60,932 nt of DNA from Octopus bimaculoides. Taxonomy: Eukaryota. This document shows positions 12,671-24,620 of this stretch, piece by piece (position 1 is the stretch's first letter; each line of letters starts with the position of its first letter). Both the position numbers and the translations under genes were made by a program. The notes under the pieces are model-generated. The model saw only the letters and a program-made list of their open reading frames with translations. It was not told the origin of the DNA and made no database searches. The stretch spans positions 8,684,826 through 8,745,757 of the forward strand of contig NC_069008.1 in assembly GCF_001194135.2 (NCBI RefSeq), written 5' to 3'.

Positions 12671-13441
12671 NNNNNNNNNNNNNNNNNNNNNNNNNNNNNN
12701 NNNNNNNNNNNNNNNNNNNNNNNNNNNNNNNNNNNNNNNNNNNNNNNNNNNNNNNNNNNNNNNNNNNNNNNNNNNNNNNNNNNNNNNNNNNNNNNNNNNN
12801 NNNNNNNNNNNNNNNNNNNNNNNNNNNNNNNNNNNNNNNNNNNNNNNNNNNNNNNNNNNNNNNNNNNNNNNNNNNNNNNNNNNNNNNNNNNNNNNNNNNN
12901 NNNNNNNNNNNNNNNNNNNNNNNNNNNNNNNNNNNNNNNNNNNNNNNNNNNNNNNNNNNNNNNNNNNNNNNNNNNNNNNNNNNNNNNNNNNNNNNNNNNN
13001 NNNNNNNNNNNNNNNNNNNNNNNNNNNNNNNNNNNNNNNNNNNNNNNNNNNNNNNNNNNNNNNNNNNNNNNNNNNNNNNNNNNNNNNNNNNNNNNNNNNN
13101 NNNNNNNNNNNNNNNNNNNNNNNNNNNNNNNNNNNNNNNNNNNNNNNNNNNNNNNNNNNNNNNNNNNNNNNNNNNNNNNNNNNNNNNNNNNNNNNNNNNN
13201 NNNNNNNNNNNNNNNNNNNNNNNNNNNNNNNNNNNNNNNNNNNNNNNNNNTAAGAACACAATGGATTAACCAGTCCAGGGATTGAAACCACAATCTTATA
13301 GTCATGAATCGAACACACTAACCACTAAGCAACGTGCCTCCACTAGAGGTACTCATTTTTATAGCTGAGTGGACTGGAGCAACAGGGAATGAAGTGTTTT
13401 GCTCAAGAAGACAATGCCTCGTCTGCTCCAGGAATTGAAAC

Positions 13442-13608
13442 CACATTGTGGACGCAATGGATTTGGAGGAGAATTTCAAGTTAAAGGAGTACTTCACGAT
13501 CGCAACGTGCCTGTCAGGCATCAATGCTGCTCTTAAAGACATGGAAAAAGAAACCCTCGTCGCATGCTGGAAGAAGGTGTGGCCAGATTGTAAGATTGTG
13601 GTTTCAAT
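13442..13608 (+). other. Templated insertion inside a SINE-C copy
   Basis: 13442-13587 matches 15807-15952 at 145/146 nt. 13587-13608 is the reverse complement of the SINE sequence spanning the breakpoint. Confidence 0.85.
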
Positions 13609-13986
13609 CTTACAATCTTGAATCCAACACCCTAATCATTAAGCAACGCGCCTCCACTATCAATCACTCAACTCTTTCCATTTTTGAAAGAATATAAAAA
13701 AGAAAAATGATCCTTTACTTGTTAGACAGGCAAGGGTTGGGGATAGAAAGAGCATCCAGTTGTAAAACCTTGCCTCAAAATAATTTCCAGTCCAACCCAT
13801 TGGACTGTGAAACAAACAAGTAGGCATACAAACACACACATACACGCACATTCACACACACATGTAATTATTGCTTGGATAAATTCACTTTATCAAACTT
13901 GTTTCAGCTCACTATATACTGTATACATACACATACATATAGATAGATGGATGGATAGATACATACATATATAAACATCTATATAC

Positions 13987-14042
<56 letters not shown>

Positions 14043-14542
14043 ATATATATATACACACAAATTTTTACACACATAGATACATATATATATAGATACATAT
14101 AGTTTGATACGAAAATATCCACGACCTTCTGTCTCAATAAACCACTGTTGTCGTCAAAAGTTATTTTTTTAATATTTATTACGTATTGTTTGAAGCTAAC
14201 TTTCTTCCTACACCTTGATTCCTGGATACACACACATGGATAGTCATATACACATATATAAGTAGACACACACACACATACATATACTTGTTTTAGTCAT
14301 TTGGCTGCAAACATGCTGGAGCACTAAATATTTCCTTGAAATATATAGTTGAACCAATCAATCCTAGAACATCTTTTATAGTTTTAGTCTGCTAGTTATT
14401 CTACGTGTCTCTTTTACTTAACTGCTAAGTTACAAGGACATAAACAAACAAGCACTGGTTGTCAAGAGGTGGTGGTGGGGCGAACACAAAGATACACACA
14501 TACAAACATACTAAAACGCACACACATATATGTATATACATA

Positions 14543-14581
<39 letters not shown>

Positions 14582-14849
14582 GACAATACGGAGAGTGCGA
14601 TGCAACTGCAATAGATATTTTATTGGGAAAACAATATTTCAACAGCAAGCCTGTTAAAAACTCAAAATTATAGAAATTCAAATCCAAAATATGAACAAGA
14701 ACAACCAGCGTCCACACATTTACAGAATAACATTAGCAGTCTTCAAATTTCAATTTTACAACTGGCAAAAAGGAAAGGAAAGGAAAAAAAAGAAAAGTAA
14801 AGAAAAAAGAAAAGGAAAAGTTTTGTGTAAATTTGACAAAATTCTCCCA

Positions 14850-15415
14850 TCATTTTATTCATTCCACCAGGGAGTGATGTTAATAACCTGCAAGCATATT
14901 TCTCCTCATGCATTTTGAGTACTGAAAGTGTAGCAGATTCAGAATATTTTCTGAGAATATGCACTTTCAAGTTTTTTTTCAAAATTGCAGCTGTTTGATG
15001 CAAAATGTTCAGCAAGTTTTGTCGAACTACTGTTATTGTGCCTGACGTCATACCTGGGCCCACTGAATCTTTTGTTTAATTGTTCTGTTGTATAACCAAT
15101 ATAAATGAAGTTGTGTTTGGTGCATTCTGCTGCATACACTAAATGGGAATCTCTACAAGTCCCACCTTCCGTATAAATCATAACATTTCTGTTATGATTC
15201 CTGATGAAATTCATTTGACTCATGTTATTGCACAATGAACAGGGCTTACCTCTCTTGCAGCTGTTTTTCAAGATACAGCATACAGATACTACAATGTTAG
15301 TTTTCTTGGAGTCAGAAGTAGAGGCTAATAGTTATTTTATATTTTTATTTCATCTAAAGGCGACTGAGGAAATAAATATTTGTTTGAAACAAGGATATCT
15401 TTCTGCAACATGCCA
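14850..15415 (-). mobile_element. Penelope-like element 3' fragment (RT thumb/linker, Cys linker, GIY-YIG endonuclease), inactivated
   Basis: VAFR*NKNIK*LL, then CKRGKPCSLC, TCRDSHLVYAAECTKHNFIYIGYTTEQLNKRFSG..LAEHF, then after a frameshift EEKYACRLLTSLPGGMN. Confidence 0.88.
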
Positions 15416-15536
15416 TGGTCAACTTTGCCTTTCATCCTTTTGGAGTCAATAAATTAAGTACCAGTCAAGTATTGGTCGATGTAATTGACTACTGCCTCCC
15501 CCAAATTTCAGACCTTGTGCCTATAGTAAAAAAGGA

Positions 15537-15573
<37 letters not shown>

Positions 15574-15690
15574 GGCGGCAAGCTGTGTGATGAGAGAGAG
15601 AGACAGAGAGAGACAGATAGACAGAGAGACAGACAGAAAGTGGAATGAAGTGAGCTAGCAGAAACGTTAGCATGCCAGACAAAATGCTTG

Positions 15691-16675
15691 AATCACATGG
15701 GAGTCCAAGTTGAGTTCCTCCCGGCCAACACCACCTCCCGCATCCAGGCTATGGATCAAAGCGTGATCCATGCCTTCAAGGCACTTTACACTTGGAACTC
15801 TCATTACACATTGTGGACGCAATGGATTTGGAGGAGAATTTCAAGTTAAAAGAGTACTTCACGATCGCAACGTGCCTGTCAGGCATCAATGCTGCTCTTA
15901 AAGACATGGAAAAAGAAACCCTCGTCGCATGCTGGAAGAAGGTGTGGCCAGAGTGTGTCCAGGACTACGAGAGCTTCTCACCTGAAGATATTCAGCATGA
16001 GGCTGTCAACAATGATGTGAAACTGGCAAAGGTTTTGACATCACGCAAGATGAGGTCAACGATCTCATCGATGCCCACTCTGAAACCCTGATAGACGAAC
16101 ACTTGTTGGAGTTAACGAAGTCTGCCAGCGAAGAGGAGGAGGAAGTGCCAGAACCAGAGGAAGAGTATAATGAGGTGGGCCTGGCTATCGAACGTCTGTC
16201 CAAACTTTTAAGGACAACAAAGGAATTTCAAGGGAAGACGGGAGCACGGAATCCCTAAATGGTTCAGTCTCTCCAATTTAAAAATGCCATCGATGCTGTC
16301 ATGCAGACATATAAAACTTTCCTCACCACCATGGAGAAACAACGGCAATAACTTCCCATGACAATGTTCCCCAAGGCCACCAAGAAAGCCTTGCATGAAG
16401 ATACGGATTCCCCTAAAATACCTGAAGAACAGGCATCTCCTGAAGAGCTTTAAATCTTCTTTACTGTGCAGTCATTACCTTCATTATTTTCATCATCGTC
16501 GTCTTAAATCAATATCATTCATTACTGGTGAGTAACCGTACATTTTACTTTAAATTACTAATGTCATATTTTGACATTTGTAGGTATTTTTATGGACCAC
16601 GTTCAATATTTGCAGTTTTTCATTATTTATGGCAGCTCTAGGAACGTAACCCCTGCAAATACTGGGGGACTACTA
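15691..16675 (+). mobile_element. pogo/Tigger transposase 3' fragment with right TIR
   Basis: VQVEFLPANTTSRIQAMDQSVIHAFKALY (DDE_1 motif) and LVACWKKVWPECV, with several frameshifts. The terminus is gggggactact(a)|TA. Confidence 0.88.
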
Positions 16676-16802
16676 TATGTATTTATATGTATATAAATAT
16701 ATAGTGAATCCAAACAAAGAAGAACAAACGAGAAAAAACAACAATGCATGGACGTGGTACAAGTACTGTATTATTAGACGCTCAGGAAAGGAAAGCAAGA
16801 GG

Positions 16803-16837
16803 ATTTTACGTTTCAAGCAAAGCTCTTCTTCAGAAAT
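16803..16837 (-). ncRNA. Minimal type-I hammerhead ribozyme motif (Penelope pLTR type)
   Basis: Minus strand ATTT-CTGAAGA-A-GAGC-TTT-GCTT-GAAACGT-A-AAAT gives a 4-bp stem I, core CUGAnGA/GAAA, 4-bp stem II, palindromic ACGU stem III and a GUA cleavage triplet. Confidence 0.7.
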
Positions 16838-17531
16838 AGAGGAAAGTCCAAAAGAAGGGAAGATGGAGGAAGAAAATATATATATGTATGTATGTTTGTC
16901 CCCCCATCATTGCTTGACAACCGATGTTGGTGTGCTTCCGTCCCGTACCTTATCAATTTGCCAAAAGATACCAATAGAATAAGTACTAGGTTTACAAAGA
17001 ATAAGTCCTGGGGACGATTTGTCAAATTACAGAAACAGGTAAAAAAAATACAAGTAAAACATACATACATACATATATGCATGCATGCATACATAAGGTT
17101 GTAAGGTGTAATTTGAGGGAGAATTGTTTGCTATTTCTATCGGGTCTAGATAATAAGTAGCTGTCTCCCTTCTTGGTTCATACAAACTTATACACATACC
17201 AAATACTAATTCTAAAAGGGTAAGCAACCATATACTTGTGTACGTGTGTACTTTATCTATGTAAACTGGAGGACGTCTATACTTCTTTATCACTCATTCA
17301 ATCATCGCTGGTCCACAATAACACAGTACTATCAATTGTGAAGTGCTTTACTCTTATCAGGAATCGATCTGCGATAACAGAGGTCGGTAATCAAAGATTC
17401 TACTTGTGATATTTTATATTTTTCAGGGGGTTTTTTGTTTTGTTTTTTTTTCCATTATTTACTGATCACGTTATAAAATTTTTCTCAAAATATTCTTGCA
17501 AACACGAAACAATATCCTTATGTGGGTGGAG

Positions 17532-17609
17532 GTAAAGAATACACTCACCACCCGTTTTTGGCGTAACCCTAACCCTCAGCCCTAACCACCAGGTGTGCGT
17601 ATTCTTTAC
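17532..17609. mobile_element. 78-bp hairpin MITE with TAACCC repeats inside
   Basis: gtaaagaatacactcacc ... ggtgtgcgtattctttac (16/18 inverted match) encloses taaccctaaccctcagccctaacc. Confidence 0.65.
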
Positions 17610-17989
17610 AGTCGCCAATTATGTGTGCTTAAAAACTACTTCGAGGTGTCATCTTGGGTTAGTTAGTTGAACAACTTGGCGCCTTGAAACGAAACCTATT
17701 TCTTTCATGCGTCCTATTATTCATTTATCACTGATTCATTACTACGGTGTTTCTTTTTTCAAACCAAAACACCCGTGATAAACGAGGACAACTGTATAAA
17801 TACTACAGACCAGACAAAGTAGTGGTGGTTGTGCGCATGTTTATGTATTTGTGAGAATTGTAAATACAGAAGCTACAAACAAACCACACACAGGCACATC
17901 TAACAGACGTATTGAGCTATCGATCAAAAGCGAGTACAGCGCATGGTGCAAGGTATCTTCAAATGCAGACAGGTATAGTGAAAGGTGTT

Positions 17990-17994
17990 GAAAG

Positions 17995-18028
<34 letters not shown>

Positions 18029-18441
18029 GGGATATGTGACAGCGACAGAGTGTAGAAAGTGAAAGGGAAGGAAGGGAGAAGAGGCAGGGTGGATGGTGTA
18101 GAAAGTATGAGAGCGAGGAGAAGAACCAGGGACGGATTGAAAGGTGTAGAAAGTGCGTGAGAGAGAGAGGGGGGGAGGGAGTGAAACCAGTGACAGGAGG
18201 TGGGGGTAAAAGGTGAAGGTCTGCAGCGCCGAGCGTTGACACTAAAAACAGGATAAGGGAGGAAACGGAGGAGGAGGAGGAAGGTGTGAAAGAGTGAGTG
18301 GGGAGGTAAATCTAGGGGAAAGGAGAGAGAGAATATGGGAGGGAAAATAAGGGGAGAAATAATGGTGGGACGGTTAAAGTGCACAATGAAAGGGAGGGGA
18401 GTAAAGATCCAGGTAAGAAAGAGAGGAAAAGAAAATGTGTG

Positions 18442-18476
<35 letters not shown>

Positions 18477-18613
18477 TAAAAGAAAAGGAAAGGTGGAACG
18501 AGGTAAATGAAAAAACAGAGAGCGAAAGTGGAATGAAGCAGAGGTAAAAATACGTGAATGCGAGAAGGGGAGATGAAGAGGATAAGAGTAGAGAAGGAGA
18601 AAAAAGAGAGAAT

Positions 18614-18647
<34 letters not shown>

Positions 18648-19020
18648 GCAGACAGAGAAAGAAGAGAGACAGAAAAAAGTATGGGGATGAGGAGAGAGAG
18701 AGAGAGCATGGGTGTTGAGAAAGAGCAAATGGGAAAAGAAAGAGTAAAACGAGAGATGTTGAGAATGAAAGCGAGAGTGTAAATGATGACAGCCAGGAGG
18801 GGTTAAATGGAGACTGAAAGAAAAAGAGCATTTAATGAGAAAAAAAAGGAAGCTTAGAAAGATTGAGAGGGAATGGAGAGAATTTCCGAAAGAGAAAAGA
18901 AGAGGAGGGTGAGAGTTGTGATGGAGGAGACATAGCGAGAGAAGAGGATGGTAATAAGAAGAAGAAATAGAGAAACTGAGTGAAAAAAAAGAAAAAAAAA
19001 CGGAACTGCGACATCAATGA
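17990..19020 (+). repeat. ~1-kb polypurine (GA-rich) low-complexity tract
   Basis: Strongly G/A-biased plus strand with (GA)n runs. Confidence 0.9.
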
Positions 19021-19124
19021 CACGTGAGCAAGAGAAGGTCAAAGAGGTCAGGTCACTGGGTCAGCTGATAAGGTTAAGCTTAATAAGTAGTTACATAAAC
19101 AAATTGTTAAGTCTTGGCCACGTG
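19021..19124. promoter_or_regulatory. Candidate enhancer: nuclear-receptor half-site array plus E-boxes, D-box, GATA and FOX motifs
   Basis: CACGTG 19021 and 19119; AGGTCA 19036, 19045, 19050; GGGTCA 19058; CAGCTG 19062; GATAAG 19067; TTACATAA 19091; TAAACA 19096. Confidence 0.45.
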
Positions 19125-20559
19125 CATTTGCACACACACACACAGAAGAGAGAGAGAAAGAGCGAGAGAGCATACATAGCGATGCATAGCGTCATTGGGG
19201 ATCCGGCGGCGGCGGCGGTATGCGCCACTTAGAATTTTCCTTCCTTTTCTCTAATCCAGCCTTGACCACCACCACCACCTCCCCATTACACACTTTACCT
19301 TCTACTCACATGCCATTAACTGCCAGCTGAATGAACGGTTGCTCAATTTGCTAGGAACAACATTAAACTTTTCCTCGAATCACAAATCCTTGTTTATTCT
19401 GACTAAGCAAAGCAAATACAAATTCATGAAGAGTGTTGTCCATCTCCATTGCTGTTGGTTGAGAGGGCTAATGTGCGGCAAACAGACCTGGCTGTTGGGA
19501 TTGCAGGAAAAATTCTGTTCAGGGTTTACTGTTTGCTTTATCACAGTTCTTCTTTCATCTAATTTTTGGTGCCAAGGCCAACACTGTGTGCAAATTCTCC
19601 AAGGTGAATGGTATGTCACTACCCTACCTGGTTAGAGGCTATGTGCACCCCTCGTAATGGTCAATGTGACTGGCACAAATGGATTTTTTCAGAGAGTCCT
19701 TGTATACTCTTTTACTCTTTTACTTGTTTCAGTCATTTGACTGTGGCCNNNNNNNNNNNNNNNNNNNNNNNNNNNNNNNNNNNNNNNNNNNNNNNNNNNN
19801 NNNNNNNNNNNNNNNNNNNNNNNNNNNNNNNNNNNNNNNNNNNNNNNNNNNNNNNNNNNNNNNNNNNNNNNNNNNNNNNNNNNNNNNNNNNNNNNNNNNN
19901 NNNNNNNNNNNNNNNNNNNNNNNNNNNNNNNNNNNNNNNNNNNNNNNNNNNNNNNNNNNNNNNNNNNNNNNNNNNNNNNNNNNNNNNNNNNNNNNNNNNN
20001 NNNNNNNNNNNNNNNNNNNNNNNNNNNNNNNNNNNNNNNNNNNNNNNNNNNNNNNNNNNNNNNNNNNNNNNNNNNNNNNNNNNNNNNNNNNNNNNNNNNN
20101 NNNNNNNNNNNNNNNNNNNNNNNNNNNNNNNNNNNNNNNNNNNNNNNNNNNNNNNNNNNNNNNNNNNNNNNNNNNNNNNNNNNNNNNNNNNNNNNNNNNN
20201 NNNNNNNNNNNNNNNNNNNNNNNNNNNNNNNNNNNNNNNNNNNNNNNNNNNNNNNNNNNNNNNNNNNNNNNNNNNNNNNNNNNNNNNNNNNNNNNNNNNN
20301 NNNNNNNNNNNNNNNNNNNNNNNNNNNNNNNNNNNNNNNNNNNNNNNNNNNNNNNNNNNNNNNNNNNNNNNNNNNNNNNNNNNNNNNNNNNNNNNNNNNN
20401 NNNNNNNNNNNNNNNNNNNNNNNNNNNNNNNNNNNNNNNNNNNNNNNNNNNNNNNNNNNNNNNNNNNNNNNNNNNNNNNNNNNNNNNNNNNNNNNNNNNN
20501 NNNNNNNNNNNNCTAGCATGGAAAGCGGACGTTAAACGATGATGATGATGATGATGAGT

Positions 20560-20764
20560 GAGGAATGCATTCACCAATTTTCAGAGCAGCTTTGAGGCCA
20601 TGGTGGAAGCTGAGGGTAGCTACTTTGAGTAAACTATTATCTTCTAGCCATAATCTAGTTGGTGTTCTTTGATTTAAAAAAAAAAATACTTTATTTTTGG
20701 ATGGGACATTGCGTTTTCTTCTCTTATTATGCAAACTGTGAAATTTAACCCAAACACTCTGTAT
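20560..20764 (+). mobile_element. mariner/maT-like transposon 3' end
   Basis: FQSSFEAMVEAEGSYFE* resembles the FRSRLEAV..AEGGYFE C-terminus. The end is cccaaacactctg|TA. Confidence 0.6.
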
Positions 20765-23700
20765 ATGCAAAGTTTGGCATCCCATCAGCTTTAATGCACT
20801 AAAAGACTTATTCTCCTGAATATGTACAGCTGAAATTGGGGAACATGCACATACATCTTTTATGCCATCAAATATGGTAAACCTGCTACATCTTCATAGA
20901 AAAGGACACAGTAATAATATATAATGAACTTATAGTATACAGTGCTCAGCTGCAGTACAACTCATCATTGAAAGTAACCAAAACTGCATGAAGAGTAAGT
21001 ACATAGTATATGCATAGGAAGTGAACAGTGATTAAGTCTTCAAAGAAAAAAAAAAAAGAAAGAGGGTAGGGGGCATCAAGTGAATTTCAAGAAGCATGGA
21101 AGTTTTGAAGAATGTAGTGTCTCGTTTATTCCATGCTTCAGCAATTCTGATCATGAAAAAATGTTTCCAAAAGTCATGGATGCTGTGTTGTTTTTTTTTT
21201 CTTATTTTGATTTTGTAAGAGTGTTAAACATATGAAATTCAGAAAGGTGCCCAAGGTCATTGTTGGAAAGATGGTGGATAATTTTGAAGGTGTCTGTCAA
21301 GCCAGTCACCAGACGCTGGAGCTTTGATGTGTGTGTGGGGGGGTGGGGGTACACACCAGAAACAGACCATGACTGGAAAGCTTGACCGTGGCTGATCTGG
21401 ATCTAAACAACAGCAACAACCAATAGAGAAGAAAACTCCAGCAGTTATCTTGCTGGAGTTTGGGGATATGAAAATAAAATCTTTATTTAGGACAGCTAAT
21501 GTACTCGCAAAAAGACAGGACATAAAAGCTGACAGAAATCTCTCTACAACGAACACTGGAAAAGTCTATGTAACACTACAATATCAAAGAAATAGGCCAA
21601 GTTCACCTAAAGTAGTGGTTCCCAACCTCTGTAGCTCAGCCTCTCTTTCACCAGTTGGCTCTTACAAAGATCCCCTCCCTATGTTTCCCCCACCCAAAAA
21701 AAAAGAAAACAAAACAAAAAACAAAATACAGGTGCAGTCATGCTATAAGTGCAGGCATGGCTGTGTGGTAAAAAGATTGCTTCCCAACCACATGGTTCCA
21801 GGTTCAGTCCCATTGCATGACACCTTGGGTAAGTGTCATCTATAGCCTCAGGCCAACCAAAGACTTGTGAGTGAATTTGGTAGATGGAAACTGAAAGAAA
21901 CCCATTATATATTGTGTGTGTGTGTGTGTGTGTGTGTTTGTGTTTGTATGTGTGTGTGCATGTGTGTGTATTTATGCATATGTGTCTCTGTGGCTGTTTG
22001 TCCCCCCCCTCCCCACAAATGCTTGACAACTGATGTTGGTGTGTTTACGTCCCCATAACTTAGTGGTTCGGCAAAAAAGACCAATAGAATAAGCACTAGG
22101 CTTACAAAGAATAAGTTCTGAGGTCAATTTCTTTGACTAAAACCCTGTAAGACACTGCTTCAGCAAGGCCAAAGTCAAACAACTGCAAAGTATAAAAGAA
22201 TTACAGATTATCTTAATCACCGTTTAACATCTTCTTTTCCATGCTTGCATGGCCCAAGCATTTATTACTCTGACATTAGCTTCAGCCAGGGGCTGTGGTC
22301 ACGGTCATTACAATATCCCATCCAGCTAGATACATGTATGGACTAGTGCTGTCATTGTCATCATGTATTGTATGCTTCAGAGCACATTGATGACACTACA
22401 GCAAAAATCTTCCTCATTAAGCCCAAGATCTTCCATCAGAAGAAGCCATAGTGTTACTTTATTCAGACATTTTCATTGTGTTTTCTTGGCAGATTATGTT
22501 GAGGTTGTTTGCCATTACCTTCCCCAACTGGATAGCCATTGGCCCACAAAGAGCTCATCAGGCCTTCAAAAGAACTTGTATTAAGTCTTGCTAGGTTTCC
22601 AGACACCCTCCTCACAAGAATAGCAAGCTACTCAAGCAGGGAAGCCAGTTTAGTCACCAATCACTCAACCATGAAACAGGTAGAACTGGTTTACCTGGTA
22701 CCAGTAGCAGGTCTTATCAATCACCCCCTAATGAGATCCCTAATCCTGACTATTGCTACCCCTATGTTAAACTATTATGGAAACAAATAAAGGAGACAAG
22801 GATATACAATGAAATTATATTGGATCTTGGTATATCATTAGTCCTGTTTCTGTTCACTGATAGCACAAGCTTCTGTCATATTTGAATCTTGATAAAGAGT
22901 TTTTTGAAAACATGGCTGTGTGGTAAGAAGATTACTTCCCAGCCAAATGGTTTTGGGTTCAATCCCATGGTGTGGCACCTTGAGCAAGGCTGACTAAAGC
23001 CTTGTGAGTAGATTGGGTAGACAGAAACAGTCTCTGTGTGTGCATGCGTGCATGTGTGTGTGCATGTTTTCTCTTTTTAATCTTAGAGTGAATTTTGACC
23101 AGATATCCTCGATACCAAAATTGTGAAGTATCTTCTATTAAATATCATTCTTCAAATCTTAAGATCTTGAGGATTTTTATAGTCCTAGATATATTTCTAA
23201 TAATGATCCCCCACTCTAAACGCCCATCACACCTCTATGCAAAATGTCCCCTTGTGAGCTCATAATACCCCAAGGGGGCACCACTGCTCAGGTAAAGAAC
23301 CACTGATTAAGCAGGTTGAACATGGCAACTTGAAATGAAAAACACAGACCACAAAGGGAATATACACCACTAAAAGCCTGGCATGGAATACTGACAATTT
23401 TATAACATCTCACCTTGAAGGTTTTATTTCCATGCAATCCAGGAACAAGATATTCCCACTTTAAATACCTTCTATACAAAAAGACATAAAGCTTCAGCTG
23501 ACAACAAATGTAGGCTATGCAGAAACTAACTGATGACATTAGCTACATCATTGTCAACTGCGAAAAATTGTCTTTTAGATACTGCCTTCTTTGTGAGGCA
23601 TGTTTTGGTAGCCAGAGCAATCTGGAATAAAATAAGAAATAAGAAAAAGAAAATAACAGCCAATGAAGGTGAACACATTGAGACCAACGAATCAAAGGAA

Positions 23701-24568
23701 TATGGATGGAACAAGGAAATATTGGTTTGCAAATTTGGGCACAAGGCCAGCAATTTCAGGGAAGGAGCTAACTCGGTTACATTGACCCCAGGACTCAAAT
23801 GGCATTTATTTTATTGACCCCCTAAAAGGATGACTTCAGCAGAATTTGAACTCAGAACATGCAGATGGACAAAATGCCACTCAGTATATTGCCCAGCATG
23901 CTAACAATTCTGCCCATGGAAATATTAACAAGTACCAAATTAAAAGACAACCAATATGATATTGTTGTTTGGGAACACGAAGTGAAAGTCAGTTGGCTAC
24001 TTGATATCAATATGATAACAGTAAAGAGAGAGAGAGAAGGAAAAAGGACATCTGTGTAACATTAATAAAAGGATTAACATTTCAGGACCCACCAAAAGAT
24101 ATTGTTACACTTGTTGTCAATGGAATAACAGGATATATGCCAATCAGTCTGCATCAAAGAATCTTTTCTATCTTTTATCTGTTTCAGCCATTAGACTTGA
24201 AAAACTTTTAGTTGAATGAATTGATACCAGTATGTATTCTATCAATCTATTTTGCCAAACTGCTAAGTTACGGGGATGTTAACAAACCAACACTGGTTGT
24301 CAAGCAGTGGTAGTGGGACAGACACAGGCACAAAGACACACACACGTTCTTTAAATCTTTTATTTTTTTACCTCTTTCAGTCATTTGACTGCGGACATGC
24401 TGGAGCACTGCCTTAAAGGGTTTTAGCCAAAGAAATCAACCCGGGGACTCACTCTTCATAAGCCTAATACTTATTCTATTGGTCTCTTTTGCCAAACCAC
24501 TAAGTTATGGAGACATAAACATATCAACTTCAGTGGGGGGACAAACACACACACAAAGATACACATAA

Positions 24569-24620
<52 letters not shown>

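Noticed and set aside
22501-22561. Minus-strand CTGATGA-GCTC..GGGC next to an RTE 5'-UTR-like ggggaaggtaatggcaaacaacctc motif
   Set aside because: It is followed by CAAT rather than GAAA, and I could not fold a convincing HDV-like ribozyme by eye. At most a decayed relic.
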